NCBI RefSeq assembly: GCF_000008665.1
Contig: NC_000917.1
Location: 1,020,001 to 1,052,000 of the forward strand
DNA: 32,000 bases
Source of the DNA: Archaeoglobus fulgidus DSM 4304
GTDB taxonomy: Archaea; Halobacteriota; Archaeoglobi; Archaeoglobales; Archaeoglobaceae
Direction of reading: 5' to 3'
Below are positions 1-9,488 of this stretch, piece after piece. A model generated the notes under the pieces. It was not told the origin of the DNA, made no database searches, and saw only the letters and a list, made by a program, of their open reading frames with translations. Within the stretch, counting starts at the first letter, position 1. Each line of letters begins with the position of its first letter. The translations under genes were made by a program, and so were the position numbers.

Positions 1-214
1 TCTTCCTTCCCGCTATGTCTGCAATCCTGCCGAAGGGGACGGAAAACATGCCGGCTGCGAGAAGATATGCCGTGGCAATCCAGCCGAGAGTTATGGCGTC
101 AATCTGAAATTCTTTGCCTATTGCGGGCAGGGCTATGTTGGTTGAAGAGCCCATGAAGGGGGTGAGAAAGGAAGCAACACCTGATGTCAGCAGAGCTGCC
201 TTTTTCAGTTGCAT
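1..214 (-). CDS. MFS-family transporter, N-terminal fragment (continues beyond window start)
   Basis: Not in the ORF track because it is open at the window edge. The reverse complement from ATG (212-214) reads MQLKKAALLTSGVASFLTPFMGSSTNIALPAIGKEFQIDAITLGWIATAYLLAAGMFSVPFGRIADIAGRK. The loop after TM2 (G-R-I-A-D-x-x-G-R-K) is the classic MFS signature, and the N-terminus resembles drug/H+ antiporter members. Confidence 0.6.
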   Translation of the reverse strand, partial: MQLKKAALLTSGVASFLTPFMGSSTNIALPAIGKEFQIDAITLGWIATAYLLAAGMFSVPFGRIADIAGRK

Positions 215-245
215 GAGTTTGCCTTATGCGAAAAAATTTAAAAAC

Positions 246-1676
246 TTAATCCCTCTTGTAGAGCAAGTAATCCGGCTTGCCTGCCGGGATTGTGTAGTTC
301 GGCGGTAGAAGACCGAGTTTTTCAGCCTCCTTCTCCAGCCACTCCCTGTGGTCTGGATGCGCGAGATGAATCATCGCTATTGCCCTTTCCTTTACCGTAA
401 GCCCCTTCAGGTAGGCAACTCCCCACTCGGTTGCAACAACCTGAACCATGCTTCTCGGGACAGTCACCGCCGCTCCAGGAGGCAGGATGGGCTTGATCCT
501 CGACGTACCGTTGTGTGTGGAGTACATTGCGAGAATGCTGAAGCCCTGTCTGTCTCTGCTGAAAAGACAGCCCATAACGAAGTCCAACTGCCCCCCAGTC
601 CCGCTCACCTGATAGAGCTTGCCTGTTGGTGATATCAGCCCCATCTGCTCCGAGTTTATCTGGCCCATCAGGTCGGCCTCTGCGGCCTGGTTTAGGGAGA
701 ACATCTTCGGCTGCTGCGCTATGATGAAGGGGTCGTTGGTGTAGTCGACTGGGTAGGTTGCAACCTCCGGATTCCTGTCGAGGTACTCGTAGAGCTTGAG
801 AGAGCCGAGGGCGAACGTGAAAACGCTCTTCCCCCTATCGAGCCTCTTCTGGTCGTTGGTAACAACGCCCTCCTCAATCAACTCAAGCGTGCCATCGCCC
901 ATCATTTCGGTGTGCACGCCGAGGTTCTTGTACCCTCCTTCCTTGAGCATTTTAACAACCGTATCCGGCAGACCGCCAATGCCAACCTGAAGCGTTGAGC
1001 CATCCTGTATGAGCTTCCTGCCGTCCTTCGTTTCTGCGTTGAGTATGTTCTCTGCTATCATCTCATCCTCCTTCGTTGGGGGTATGCTGAATGGTATGAA
1101 CGGAACTGGCATCTCGTTGTCCTCAACGATGTAGTCAACTTCCGAGATGTGGATGCACTCGTCGTAGCCTCCATTGACCCAGGGCATATTTTCTTTGACG
1201 ACCACCACAACCTTCTCTGCAACCTCTGCCAGCGCCTTCATGTGCGAGCAGGTCAGGCCGAAGTTGAAGTAGCCGTGCTTGTCCATGGGCGTGGTGACGA
1301 GGTAGGCGATGTCTATCGGGTCGTAGTCTTTGGAGAACTCCCTGACAATTTTCGGAACGTCGTGATACAGGTTGGGCCTGAATACACACGGTCCAAGCTC
1401 CTTGCTGGTTTTTCTTACGGGTCGGTAGAGGAAGCCGCTCGACCACTCGAAGACCTCCCCATTGGGGTCGGCCTTGAGAAACTCGTAATGGGCGAGGTCT
1501 ATGAAAGTACCCACTTTAACGTTTTCAAGCTCGTCCTTTCTCTTTGCGAGGTATTTGTCTATTATGAGCGCTGTATTTGCGGCACCGCCAAGCTCGATGT
1601 GCATTCCACTCTCTACAAGCCCCGCAGCCTCTTCAGGACTGATAAGCTTTTTTTCATATTCTTCCCTGTAGTTCAT
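246..1676 (-). CDS. acetyl-CoA hydrolase/transferase family protein (4-hydroxybutyrate/succinate CoA-transferase-like)
   Basis: ORF track 246..1694 (482 aa). Full-length resemblance to the AcetylCoA_hydro/transferase family (N-terminus YREEYEKKLISPEEAAGLVESG; GGxxD/T-rich core). Start moved to ATG 1676 (M7) because a GAGGTG Shine-Dalgarno sits 7 nt upstream of it. Confidence 0.85.
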   Translation of the reverse strand: MNYREEYEKKLISPEEAAGLVESGMHIELGGAANTALIIDKYLAKRKDELENVKVGTFIDLAHYEFLKADPNGEVFEWSSGFLYRPVRKTSKELGPCVFRPNLYHDVPKIVREFSKDYDPIDIAYLVTTPMDKHGYFNFGLTCSHMKALAEVAEKVVVVVKENMPWVNGGYDECIHISEVDYIVEDNEMPVPFIPFSIPPTKEDEMIAENILNAETKDGRKLIQDGSTLQVGIGGLPDTVVKMLKEGGYKNLGVHTEMMGDGTLELIEEGVVTNDQKRLDRGKSVFTFALGSLKLYEYLDRNPEVATYPVDYTNDPFIIAQQPKMFSLNQAAEADLMGQINSEQMGLISPTGKLYQVSGTGGQLDFVMGCLFSRDRQGFSILAMYSTHNGTSRIKPILPPGAAVTVPRSMVQVVATEWGVAYLKGLTVKERAIAMIHLAHPDHREWLEKEAEKLGLLPPNYTIPAGKPDYLLYKRD

Positions 1677-1802
1677 TCTATCACACCTCTTCATTTGAAA
1701 ATTATGGAGAATATTTAACGTTTTCTGAATTAAACATAACTCTGATTAATCCTTTAGGAAAATGGGCAGCTTAAAAATTTTATCGTATGAAATTTTAAAA
1801 AA

Positions 1803-3026
1803 TTAAGATTTGCCCCACTTCTTCGCCCAGTATTCCTTGATAACCTCAAGAGCTACCAGCTTTTCACCGCTCAGGAACCTTATGCACGCCCCTCCTGCAG
1901 TTGATATGTGGCTGAACTTGTCCGAAAGGCCGAAGAGGCGTGCTGCTGAGGCGATGTGCCCCCCGCCAACAACCGAGTAACCAGCCCTTGTCGCGGCCCT
2001 CAGAATCTCGTAAGTTCCGAGAGAGAAACGCTCATCCTCAAAAACTCCCGCAGGACCGTTCAGAACCACATAATCGTACTTCGGGATGATTTCCGAAAGC
2101 TGGTTAACGGTTTCAAGCCCAATATCCATTATTCTGTATTTCCCATCAAACTTCTCCAATGGGATATCTACCCTGACACCGTCTTTCTCTATACCGAGGT
2201 CAATGGGAAGGATAATTTTGTCGGAGTACTTCTTGAGTATGTTTATCATCTCCTCGTCGCTCACGTCTTCCTTGTTGTCCTCCACAACCTTTCTGTTCAC
2301 TTCACCTATATCGTAACCTTTCAGCATGAGAAAGTAGTTGGCAACTACACCCGTGAGAACGACTTTTTCCGCAATGTTGTTTTCCAGCACGTTTTTTAGA
2401 ACTTTCACCGAGTCCTTGATTTTAGCTCCGCCCAGGACAAATATCTTTCTCCCCTCCCCCTTGAGGGGTTTGCTGAGGGCGGTAACCTCATTTTCGACGA
2501 GCCTTCCCACGACGGATGGCAGAACCGGAACGAAGCCGACCAAAGATGCGTGGCTTCGATGGGATGCGGAGAAGGCGTCGTTGACAAAGAGGTCAAAGGC
2601 TGTGCTGAGTTTCCTGACCATGTGGCACTCGGCATGCTCCTCAGCGCTTCTGTTCAACTGCTCCTCGGAGTAGAACCTCACGTTCTCGAGCAAAATTACC
2701 TCACCGTTCTCCATCTCCTTTATTCTTCTCAGAACGCCTTTGCTGAAAATTTCGTCTATGTACTCGACTCTCTTCCCGAGCAGTTTGGAAAGTGTGGATG
2801 CGTGGCTTTCGAGACTCGTGAAGTCCTTCTTTCCGGGTCGGCTCTGGTGTGCGAGCAAAACGAGCTTTGAGTCTTCAAGAGCCTCAATTGTCGGAATGTG
2901 GCTCTCGAATCTGCTCGTGTCGAGAATCGTTGAGTTCACAATAGGAGCGTTGATGTCAACCCTCAGCAGAACGTGCTTTCCTCTGTACGGAATATCGTCT
3001 AGTGTTGGAAGGCCGTCTATCATCAC
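1803..3026 (-). CDS. pgk: phosphoglycerate kinase
   Basis: 407-aa ORF with PGK hallmarks (KHVLLRVDINAPI N-terminus, ...GGGHIASAA.., STAGGA C-terminus). The first codon is GTG 3026 and an ATG follows at 3023; either may be the start. Confidence 0.95.
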   Translation of the reverse strand: MMIDGLPTLDDIPYRGKHVLLRVDINAPIVNSTILDTSRFESHIPTIEALEDSKLVLLAHQSRPGKKDFTSLESHASTLSKLLGKRVEYIDEIFSKGVLRRIKEMENGEVILLENVRFYSEEQLNRSAEEHAECHMVRKLSTAFDLFVNDAFSASHRSHASLVGFVPVLPSVVGRLVENEVTALSKPLKGEGRKIFVLGGAKIKDSVKVLKNVLENNIAEKVVLTGVVANYFLMLKGYDIGEVNRKVVEDNKEDVSDEEMINILKKYSDKIILPIDLGIEKDGVRVDIPLEKFDGKYRIMDIGLETVNQLSEIIPKYDYVVLNGPAGVFEDERFSLGTYEILRAATRAGYSVVGGGHIASAARLFGLSDKFSHISTAGGACIRFLSGEKLVALEVIKEYWAKKWGKS

Positions 3027-3042
3027 TTCAATTCGGAAGGTG

Positions 3043-3051
3043 AAATTAAAA
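3043..3051 (-). promoter_or_regulatory. TATA box candidate for pgk (TTTTAATTT read on minus strand)
   Basis: AT-rich 9-mer centred ~22-24 nt upstream of the pgk start codons, which fits a leaderless transcript. It mirrors the argJ box. Confidence 0.45.
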
Positions 3052-3063
3052 ACTTTCTGAAAA

Positions 3064-3072
3064 TTTTAATTT
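3064..3072 (+). promoter_or_regulatory. TATA box candidate for argJ (TTTTAATTT)
   Basis: Same 9-mer as the pgk box but on the plus strand, centred ~24-26 nt upstream of ATG 3092 (leaderless geometry). Confidence 0.45.
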
Positions 3073-3091
3073 ACCTGCTCAGAATTGGTTC

Positions 3092-4231
3092 ATGGAAATA
3101 ACGGACATTGGCGGTGTCCTCTGCAACGGAATAAAGGAGGGAAAATACGGCCTTGGACTCGTTAGGGTTAGAGGAAGTATTGCAGGAGTTTTCACGCAGA
3201 ACAAAATCCGGGCTGCTCCGGTTATCGTTTGCGAGGAGAACATCAGGGATGGGGTTGTGGAGGGTGTGATTGTGAACAGCGGAAATGCAAATGCCTACAC
3301 CGGGGAGCAGGGGATGAGAGACGCGAGGGAGATGTGCAGAATCGCTGCAAATCTTCTTGGATGTGAGGAGAGGAGAGTTGCGGTCGCCTCTACCGGCGTA
3401 ATCGGAAGAAAGCTGGACATGGAGTGGATAAGAAAAAAAGCACCGGAGGTTTACTCAGGTCTCGGAAATTCGGTGGAGAATGCAGAGAGGTTCGGAAGGG
3501 CGATTGTAACCACGGACAGATTCGTCAAGAAGGCCTACTCAGAGAAGGCGAGGATTGCTGCTGTTGCAAAGGGGGCGGGAATGATTGCACCGAATATGGC
3601 TACAATGCTCTGCTTTGCCTTCACCTCCGCAAAATTTGACAGCGGAGAGCTTTACGATATGCTGAGAAGGGCAGCCGATAAAACCTTCAACAGACTTACG
3701 GTTGACGGGGATACCTCAACCAACGATACCGTTTTGCTGATTTCAACCGGCAAGGAGAGGGTGGAGAGAGATGTTTTCGAGGAGGAGCTTTGCTCGGTCT
3801 TTTACAGCATCGCAAAGCAGATGGCGAGAGATGGAGAGGGGGCGACGAAGGTTTTCGAAGTCAGGGTTGACGGAGCGAGAAATGATGAGGATGCGAATCT
3901 GATAGCCAGAGCTGTTGCAAGCTCGCTGCTTGTTAAGACGGCAATATTCGGCTGCGACCCCAACTGGGGGAGAATTATTGCTGCTGCCGGCTACAGCGGG
4001 GCAGATGTGGATGAGAGAATAACTCTTAGCCTCTCAGACGGGAGGGATGAAGTCTTTCTAATCGATTCCGGAAGGCCTTTGGGGAACGAAGAGCGGGCGA
4101 GAGTGTTGATGGAGAAAGCAGAGGAGCTTGTAATCAGGCTGAGGCTTGAAAAAGGTAATGGAAAGGGCTTTGCCATCGGCTGCGACCTAACCTACGATTA
4201 CGTGAAGCTGAATGCCGAGTACACAACTTAG
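3092..4231 (+). CDS. argJ: bifunctional ornithine acetyltransferase / N-acetylglutamate synthase
   Basis: 379-aa ORF. It has the ArgJ autoproteolysis site context GAGMIAPNMATMLCFAFT (A-T-M-L), followed by TVDGDTSTND and the CDPNWGRI motif. Confidence 0.93.
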   Translation: MEITDIGGVLCNGIKEGKYGLGLVRVRGSIAGVFTQNKIRAAPVIVCEENIRDGVVEGVIVNSGNANAYTGEQGMRDAREMCRIAANLLGCEERRVAVASTGVIGRKLDMEWIRKKAPEVYSGLGNSVENAERFGRAIVTTDRFVKKAYSEKARIAAVAKGAGMIAPNMATMLCFAFTSAKFDSGELYDMLRRAADKTFNRLTVDGDTSTNDTVLLISTGKERVERDVFEEELCSVFYSIAKQMARDGEGATKVFEVRVDGARNDEDANLIARAVASSLLVKTAIFGCDPNWGRIIAAAGYSGADVDERITLSLSDGRDEVFLIDSGRPLGNEERARVLMEKAEELVIRLRLEKGNGKGFAIGCDLTYDYVKLNAEYTT

Positions 4232-4677
4232 AGGTCTATCAGGTGCGTCTCCTTAACCACATTCAGCACGAGCATTGTGTATGTCTTGAGTACCTTGTCC
4301 ATCCCCGCTATTCTTTTTACAAAGGCGTTCAGGCTGTCCCTATCCTTGAACTTGGCCACAACGATAATGTCGTAGTCACCTGTAACGTCGTAAACGGCTG
4401 TCACGTTTCTCTCCTTCGCAATCTCCTTCTCAATCTCCGTCAGGTAACCACCCTCTGCGGTAATGCCTATTATCGCTATGAGGTCGTATCCCAGCATTGA
4501 GTAGTCAACGACGGGAATGAACTTCTTGATAAGCCCGATTTTTCTCATCTTGTTTATTCTGTTGTAAACCGTCCCCTCGGCCACTCCTACCTTTTCTGAA
4601 ATTTCCTTCAAGCTTTTGCGGGCATCATCCTGCAATTCTCTCAAAATTTTGATGTCAACCTCATCAATCTTTACCAT
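4228..4677 (-). CDS. Lrp/AsnC family transcriptional regulator
   Basis: 149 aa. N-terminal HTH (DIKILRELQDDARKSLKEISEKVGVAEGTVYNRINKM) plus a C-terminal RAM/AsnC ligand domain. Its 3' end overlaps argJ by 4 bp (convergent). Confidence 0.9.
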   Translation of the reverse strand: MVKIDEVDIKILRELQDDARKSLKEISEKVGVAEGTVYNRINKMRKIGLIKKFIPVVDYSMLGYDLIAIIGITAEGGYLTEIEKEIAKERNVTAVYDVTGDYDIIVVAKFKDRDSLNAFVKRIAGMDKVLKTYTMLVLNVVKETHLIDL

Positions 4678-4696
4678 TGAACTCCATTATTTGAAG

Positions 4697-4704
4697 AATT
4701 TTTA
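4697..4704 (-). promoter_or_regulatory. TATA box candidate for the lrp-family gene (TTAAAAAT on minus strand)
   Basis: Centre ~24 nt upstream of ATG 4677. Confidence 0.4.
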
Positions 4705-4748
4705 AGGTTTTTGCAGGTTGAAGCTGAGCGCGAAACTGAAGGCAAAAG

Positions 4749-4756
4749 CTTTAATC
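4749..4756 (+). promoter_or_regulatory. BRE/TATA candidate for the helicase gene (aaaGCTTTAATC)
   Basis: Centre ~27-30 nt upstream of ATG 4783. This argues that the TTG-4711 extension in the ORF track is not translated. Confidence 0.45.
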
Positions 4757-4782
4757 ACCTCCCCGCCAACATAGCCTTTACG

Positions 4783-7461
4783 ATGCTGAATCAAAGGCTC
4801 AGAGAGGCTTTGAGTGCTGCGGGAATTGAGGAGCTGACCGAGCTGCAGTTAGAGGCCTTCAGGAAGATTTTGAGCGGTAAGGACGTGCTAATCATCGCTC
4901 CAACGGGAAGCGGGAAAACGGAGGCTGCAATAATCCCCATTTTCGAGGCAATGCTAAAAATGGAGAAGCCCGAGGGAATCGTTGCCATTTACATTACACC
5001 TCTAAGAGCTTTGAACAGGGACATGCTGAGGAGGATTAGGGGGATTGCCGAGTTTCTTGGCATAAGGGTTGACGTCAGGCACGGCGATACTCCAGATTCC
5101 CAGAGGGCGAGGCAGTCCCGAAAGCCCCCGCACCTTTTAATCACCACTCCAGAAACCTTCCAGATTCTTTTCCTCGGAAAAAACCTGAGGAAGGCTTTGA
5201 AGAACGTGAGGTATGTGGTGGTTGACGAGATTCACGAGCTAATTGACAGCGAGAGGGGAGTGCAGCTTAGCGTTGCCCTTGAAAGGCTGAGGGAGATGGC
5301 AAGGTTTCAGACCATTGGCCTCTCAGCAACTGTAAGCAGGCCCAAGCTTGTTTCAAGGTTCGTTGGGGCTGATGCGGAAGTTCTGGAGTGGAAGGCTGAG
5401 AAGGAGTACGAAATTGAGGTTGTAAAGCCTGAGGTTGATGAGAAGCTTGCAGCAAAGCTTGGCGTTGATGCGGAGATTGCCGGAGAGCTGAAGTTTATTG
5501 CTGATGCGGTGAAGGAACACGGTTCTGCTTTAATCTTCGTCAACACACGCCAGACGGCTGAAGCACTGGGAATCAAGCTCAAAAAGCTGATTGATGTGGA
5601 GGTGCATCACGGCAGCCTTTCGAGGGAAACGAGGGTAGAGGCTGAGGAGAGGTTCGCCAAGGGCGAGCTTGATGCTCTAATCTGCACTTCCTCAATGGAG
5701 CTTGGGATTGACATTGGCCACGTAAATCTTGTTGTGCAGTACAACAGTCCGAGGCAGGCTGTAAGGCTCGTGCAGAGAGTAGGACGGAGCGGTCACGGAT
5801 TGGGGAGAGTTTCGAAGGGCTACGTTGTTGCGAGCAGCTTCGACGACATTCTTGAGTCCGCTGTAATTGTCAGAAGGGCCAAGGAGGGATTGCTGGAGGA
5901 TGCGGAGATTCACTTCAAAAGTTTTGACGTGCTGGCGAATCAGATATGCGCTCTCGCCCTCGAATACGGCAGAATTGATGCTGAAAAGGCCCACAGGATA
6001 GTGAAGAGAGCTTTTCCCTACCGCAATCTGACTTTTGAGGAGTTTGATGAGGTTTGCAACTTCCTCGCCCGGATCGGGAAGATTTTCTACGACGAGGGGG
6101 AGATTGGTGCGAGGAGAAACACGAGGAGGTACTTCTACGAGAACATATCGATGATTCCCGACGAGAAGCACTACAGGGTTGTTGATGTTTCAAGCGGAAA
6201 AACCATAGGCTCCCTCGACGAGAGCTTTCTCTCCACCTTCAGCGGGGAGATTTTTGCGATGAAAGGAGAGCTCTGGAGAGTTCTGAGCGTTGATGAGGTC
6301 GTGAGGGTTGAGCCAGTATCTGCTGAAGGAGAGATACCTTCATGGGTGGGGGAGGAGATTCCCGTCCCCTTTGAGGTTGCTCAGGAAGTCGGAATGCTGA
6401 GAAACTGGTTAGCCGGGCTGATAAAGGCGAAGGGGGAGAAGGCAGCGTTGAAGGCTCTGGGAGCTAAGGGAGATGTCAGTGTGGTGGTTAAAACACTGAG
6501 GGAGCAGATTGAGAAGGGCTTTGCAGTCCCCTATGACAGCCACATTACCATTGAGGGCTCGGAGAATGTTGTTGTGGTTAACGCATGCTTCGGTCACAAG
6601 GTGAACGAGACCCTCGGCAGAATTCTCGCTTTACTTTTAACCGCAAGAAGGGGAAGCAGTGTGGCGGTTGAGATCGACCCCTACAGAATCAAGCTCAGTC
6701 CAGCAAAACCCGAAGAGGTGGAGAGCATACTTAAAAGCATTCAGCCCGAAGCGGTTGAGAGTTTAGCTGAAAGAGCTGTTTTTGACACGAGGCTGATGCA
6801 GTGGAAGGTTGTCAACGCTGCCAGAAAATTCGGATTCCTGTCCAAGGAGGACGAGCTGAGCAGGATTAACGTTAGAAGCCTCGTGGTGAAGCTGAAGGAT
6901 ACGCCCATCTACAGAGAGGCTTTGAGGGAGATTTTCGTTGAGAAGATGGATGTCGAGAGAACGGCAGAAGTTGTGGAGAAAATCTCCAGCGGGGAGATTG
7001 AAGTTTCTGTTTACAATGAACTCAGTCCAATAAGCCTTGCAGCGAGACAGAGGGCCATGGACATTCTTGCCGTCAAGTCCAGCGAGGCCATCCTCAGAGC
7101 CTTCAGGGAGAGGCTTGAAAAAGAGGTGGTGAGGGTTTACTGCCTGAACTGCAGGGCCTGCTACACGGAGAGAGTTGAGAGCTTTGAGAGGTTCACATGC
7201 ATAAAGTGCGGCTCGAAAATGATTGCCGTCTTCAACTCAAGAAGAAAGCCCGAGGAGTTCAGGGAAAGAGAGCTTTTCAAGCTGGCCAACCTCGTCATGG
7301 CTCACGGAAAGAGAGCTGTTTACGCTCTCTCAACTTTCGGAATAGGGGCTGACACAGCTGCAAGGCTTCTTTCGAGGTATTATCTGGAGGAAGATGACTT
7401 CTTTAAGGCTTTAATTGAGGCTGAGAGGAACTACATTCGAACGAGGAGGTTCTGGGATTGA
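4783..7461 (+). CDS. Lhr-type (large helicase-related) DEAD/DEAH-box ATP-dependent helicase
   Basis: ORF track 4711..7461. SF2 motifs are present: I APTGSGKT, II VVDEIH, III SAT, VI QRVGRSGH. A long Lhr-like C-terminal extension ends in a CxxC...CxxC zinc ribbon (CLNCRAC...CIKCGS). Start set to ATG 4783 (MLNQRLREAL...) from the promoter position. Confidence 0.85.
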   Translation: MLNQRLREALSAAGIEELTELQLEAFRKILSGKDVLIIAPTGSGKTEAAIIPIFEAMLKMEKPEGIVAIYITPLRALNRDMLRRIRGIAEFLGIRVDVRHGDTPDSQRARQSRKPPHLLITTPETFQILFLGKNLRKALKNVRYVVVDEIHELIDSERGVQLSVALERLREMARFQTIGLSATVSRPKLVSRFVGADAEVLEWKAEKEYEIEVVKPEVDEKLAAKLGVDAEIAGELKFIADAVKEHGSALIFVNTRQTAEALGIKLKKLIDVEVHHGSLSRETRVEAEERFAKGELDALICTSSMELGIDIGHVNLVVQYNSPRQAVRLVQRVGRSGHGLGRVSKGYVVASSFDDILESAVIVRRAKEGLLEDAEIHFKSFDVLANQICALALEYGRIDAEKAHRIVKRAFPYRNLTFEEFDEVCNFLARIGKIFYDEGEIGARRNTRRYFYENISMIPDEKHYRVVDVSSGKTIGSLDESFLSTFSGEIFAMKGELWRVLSVDEVVRVEPVSAEGEIPSWVGEEIPVPFEVAQEVGMLRNWLAGLIKAKGEKAALKALGAKGDVSVVVKTLREQIEKGFAVPYDSHITIEGSENVVVVNACFGHKVNETLGRILALLLTARRGSSVAVEIDPYRIKLSPAKPEEVESILKSIQPEAVESLAERAVFDTRLMQWKVVNAARKFGFLSKEDELSRINVRSLVVKLKDTPIYREALREIFVEKMDVERTAEVVEKISSGEIEVSVYNELSPISLAARQRAMDILAVKSSEAILRAFRERLEKEVVRVYCLNCRACYTERVESFERFTCIKCGSKMIAVFNSRRKPEEFRERELFKLANLVMAHGKRAVYALSTFGIGADTAARLLSRYYLEEDDFFKALIEAERNYIRTRRFWD

Positions 7462-7481
7462 TTTATAAGCAGGTTTGCCGA

Positions 7482-7718
7482 ATGGGGATGATGAACAGGG
7501 CAGAGATTGTCATTGAGGGTTGCAGCCCTGATGTGGCCAAATCAATCCAGCCAGAAATCGAAACCTCAATAAGTCGGGCAAAGCTTTATCAATCTGGCGA
7601 AAGGTTGGGATTAGAAATTGAGGCTGAAGACGTCTCAGATTTGAGAGCGGCGATAAATTCGTGGTTAAGGCTGATTAAGATGTGTGTAGAGGTTGAAGAG
7701 GTGTTGAAAAATGGGTGA
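7482..7718 (+). CDS. pcc1: KEOPS complex subunit Pcc1-like protein
   Basis: Small ORF (track 7458..7718) with a Pcc1/CTAG-like pattern (AEIVIE..., ...DLRAAINSWLRLIKMCVEV). Sits immediately upstream of, and overlaps by 8 bp, prefoldin beta, a common archaeal arrangement. Start ambiguous (TTG 7458, ATG 7482/7488/7491). Confidence 0.6.
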   Translation: MGMMNRAEIVIEGCSPDVAKSIQPEIETSISRAKLYQSGERLGLEIEAEDVSDLRAAINSWLRLIKMCVEVEEVLKNG

Positions 7719-8061
7719 ACTCCCTCCGCAGGTTCAGAATCTGGTTGCGCAGCTTCAGCAGCTTCAGCAGCAGCTGCAGGCAGTAATCACTCAGAGGGCT
7801 CAGGTAGAGGCGTTGCTGAGAGACACGGAGCAGGCACTGGAGGAGCTTCAGAAGGTCGATGATGAAACACCGGTCTACAAGGCTGTTGGAAACATTCTGG
7901 TTAAGGAGAAGAAGGAGGACGTGATTAAGGAGCTTACAGAGAAAAAGGAGACCTACGAGATAAGGATAAAGACTCTGCAAAGGCAGGAGGAAAAGCTCAG
8001 GGAGAGGTTCGCTGAGACACAGCAGAAGCTCCAGAACCTGCTCAGTCCTCAGGCAGGATAA
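7711..8061 (+). CDS. pfdB: prefoldin beta subunit
   Basis: 116 aa with two coiled-coil arms flanking a beta-hairpin core (PVYKAVGNILVKEKKEDV), the typical prefoldin beta size and layout. Confidence 0.9.
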   Translation: MGELPPQVQNLVAQLQQLQQQLQAVITQRAQVEALLRDTEQALEELQKVDDETPVYKAVGNILVKEKKEDVIKELTEKKETYEIRIKTLQRQEEKLRERFAETQQKLQNLLSPQAG

Positions 8062-8368
8062 CGCTGAGGATTTCCTCAAGCAATTTTTTATCGATTTCCC
8101 TGCTTATTCTCAGGAATTTTCCCTCGAAGGCAATGAATCCCCTCTCGAACCGCCATGCGGTCTTGAAGGGGTGCAGCTTGACCTTTGAAGCACCAAATTT
8201 CTCAAGACTGACGGGCTTAACATCTTTGTCGAGCCTTACGGTGAAGGAGAGGTCATCTCCCACAGCTACGACGTTCTCGTAGATTTTTCTCATCTCACTC
8301 TGCAATTCCCACGGCTTCCAGTCCCTCTCGTTGGCCTTTTCGTAGAGCTTCAGAATTGTTTGCCTCAT
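8042..8368 (-). CDS. hypothetical protein (108 aa), function unknown
   Basis: Clean ORF with normal composition. It is divergent from pus10 and shares an AT-rich promoter region (gttttaaag, 8387-8396). Its 3' end overlaps pfdB by 20 bp. I recognise no diagnostic motif. Confidence 0.55.
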   Translation of the reverse strand: MRQTILKLYEKANERDWKPWELQSEMRKIYENVVAVGDDLSFTVRLDKDVKPVSLEKFGASKVKLHPFKTAWRFERGFIAFEGKFLRISREIDKKLLEEILSVILPED

Positions 8369-8414
8369 GTAGCCACTGCCACAGCAGTTTTAAAGCCCTT
8401 TTCCAATTTTCTCT

Positions 8415-9488
8415 GTGAACCTCTGCAGGGAGTGCTATGGCATCATCGGCGAAGGTGTGGTTGCAGAGAAATGCGAGGCGTGCTGCAACGCCTTCGACAG
8501 AGTTGAGGAGTTTGCCGAGGAGATTGTGAAAAAGATGTCAGAGTACGAATTCGAGACATTCAACGTTGGGAGCAGGGTTTGGGGCAGTTTGAAAGCCCTG
8601 CAAGAATATCTGTCGCTGAAGGGGATTGAGTACGAGATAAAGCAGAGGTTCAACACAAAGCTTGCCAGAGCCATCGAAGAGAAAACTGGAAGTAAAAGAA
8701 CCCTTAATCCAGACATAACCGTTCTGTTCGACCTCGAAACCTTCACCTTTGAGCTTCAGATAAGGCCCGTTTTCATCTACGGAAGATACCTGAAGAGGGT
8801 CAGGAACATCTCGCAGACGAGGTGGCTGTGCGGGTATTGCAATGGAGAAGGCTGTGAAGTATGCAACTTCACCGGGAAGAAGTACGTTTCATCGGTTGAG
8901 GAGCTAATTGCCATGCCCGCTGTCAGGCTTTTCAAAGCGAGAGATGCAAAGCTCCACGGTGCTGGAAGGGAGGACGTTGATGCGAGAATGCTTGGAACTG
9001 GCAGACCCTTTGTGCTTGAGGTAATCGAGCCAAGAAAGAGGTTTGTTGACCTGAAGGAGCTTGAAGAGGCTATAAATTCCCAGAAGTGGGTTGCTGTTAG
9101 GGATCTTGAGTACACAGATGCTGAGAAGGTCAGAGAGGTGAAAACGGAGAGGCACAGAAAGACCTACAGGGCGAAGGTCGTTTTTGAGGAGAAGGTTGAG
9201 AGGGAAAGGCTAATTGAGGCCCTTGAAAGCCTTAAGGGAGAGATAAGGCAGAGAACTCCCATGAGAGTTTCGCACAGAAGGGCGGACAGGGTTAGGGTGA
9301 GAAGGCTTTACGATGCAAGGTTGATTCACCACACCGGCAGGGTTGCGGTGGTGGAGTTTGAGGCCGAGGCGGGGCTCTACATCAAGGAGCTTGTCAGCGG
9401 GGATAACGGAAGAACAAGGCCGAGTCTGGCAGAAAAAGTTGGAGTAAATGCGAGAGTTGACAGGTTGGATGTGATAGCTGTCAGCTGA
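8415..9488 (+). CDS. pus10: tRNA pseudouridine(54/55) synthase Pus10
   Basis: 357 aa with a GTG start. N-terminal Zn module (CRECYG...CEACC), a second CxxC pair (CGYCNGEGCEVC), and a catalytic-core motif with the conserved Asp (GREDVDARMLGTGRPFVLE). Confidence 0.85.
   Translation: MNLCRECYGIIGEGVVAEKCEACCNAFDRVEEFAEEIVKKMSEYEFETFNVGSRVWGSLKALQEYLSLKGIEYEIKQRFNTKLARAIEEKTGSKRTLNPDITVLFDLETFTFELQIRPVFIYGRYLKRVRNISQTRWLCGYCNGEGCEVCNFTGKKYVSSVEELIAMPAVRLFKARDAKLHGAGREDVDARMLGTGRPFVLEVIEPRKRFVDLKELEEAINSQKWVAVRDLEYTDAEKVREVKTERHRKTYRAKVVFEEKVERERLIEALESLKGEIRQRTPMRVSHRRADRVRVRRLYDARLIHHTGRVAVVEFEAEAGLYIKELVSGDNGRTRPSLAEKVGVNARVDRLDVIAVS

Noticed and set aside
114-632. Plus-strand ORFs 114..308 and 348..632.
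   Set aside because: They are antisense to, or overlap, the MFS fragment and the CoA-transferase gene, and their products are Arg/Cys-rich nonsense.
4711-4782. TTG-initiated 24-codon N-terminal extension of the helicase ORF (MQVEAERETEGKSFNHLPANIAFT).
   Set aside because: A BRE/TATA-like element (4749-4756) lies inside the extension, ~27-30 nt upstream of ATG 4783. The conserved helicase sequence starts at MLNQRL...
7745-7790. CAGCTT/CAGCAG microsatellite-like stretch (gcagcttcagcagcttcagcagcagctgcagg).
   Set aside because: It encodes the QLQQLQQQLQ coiled-coil heptads of prefoldin beta, so the coding requirement explains it.
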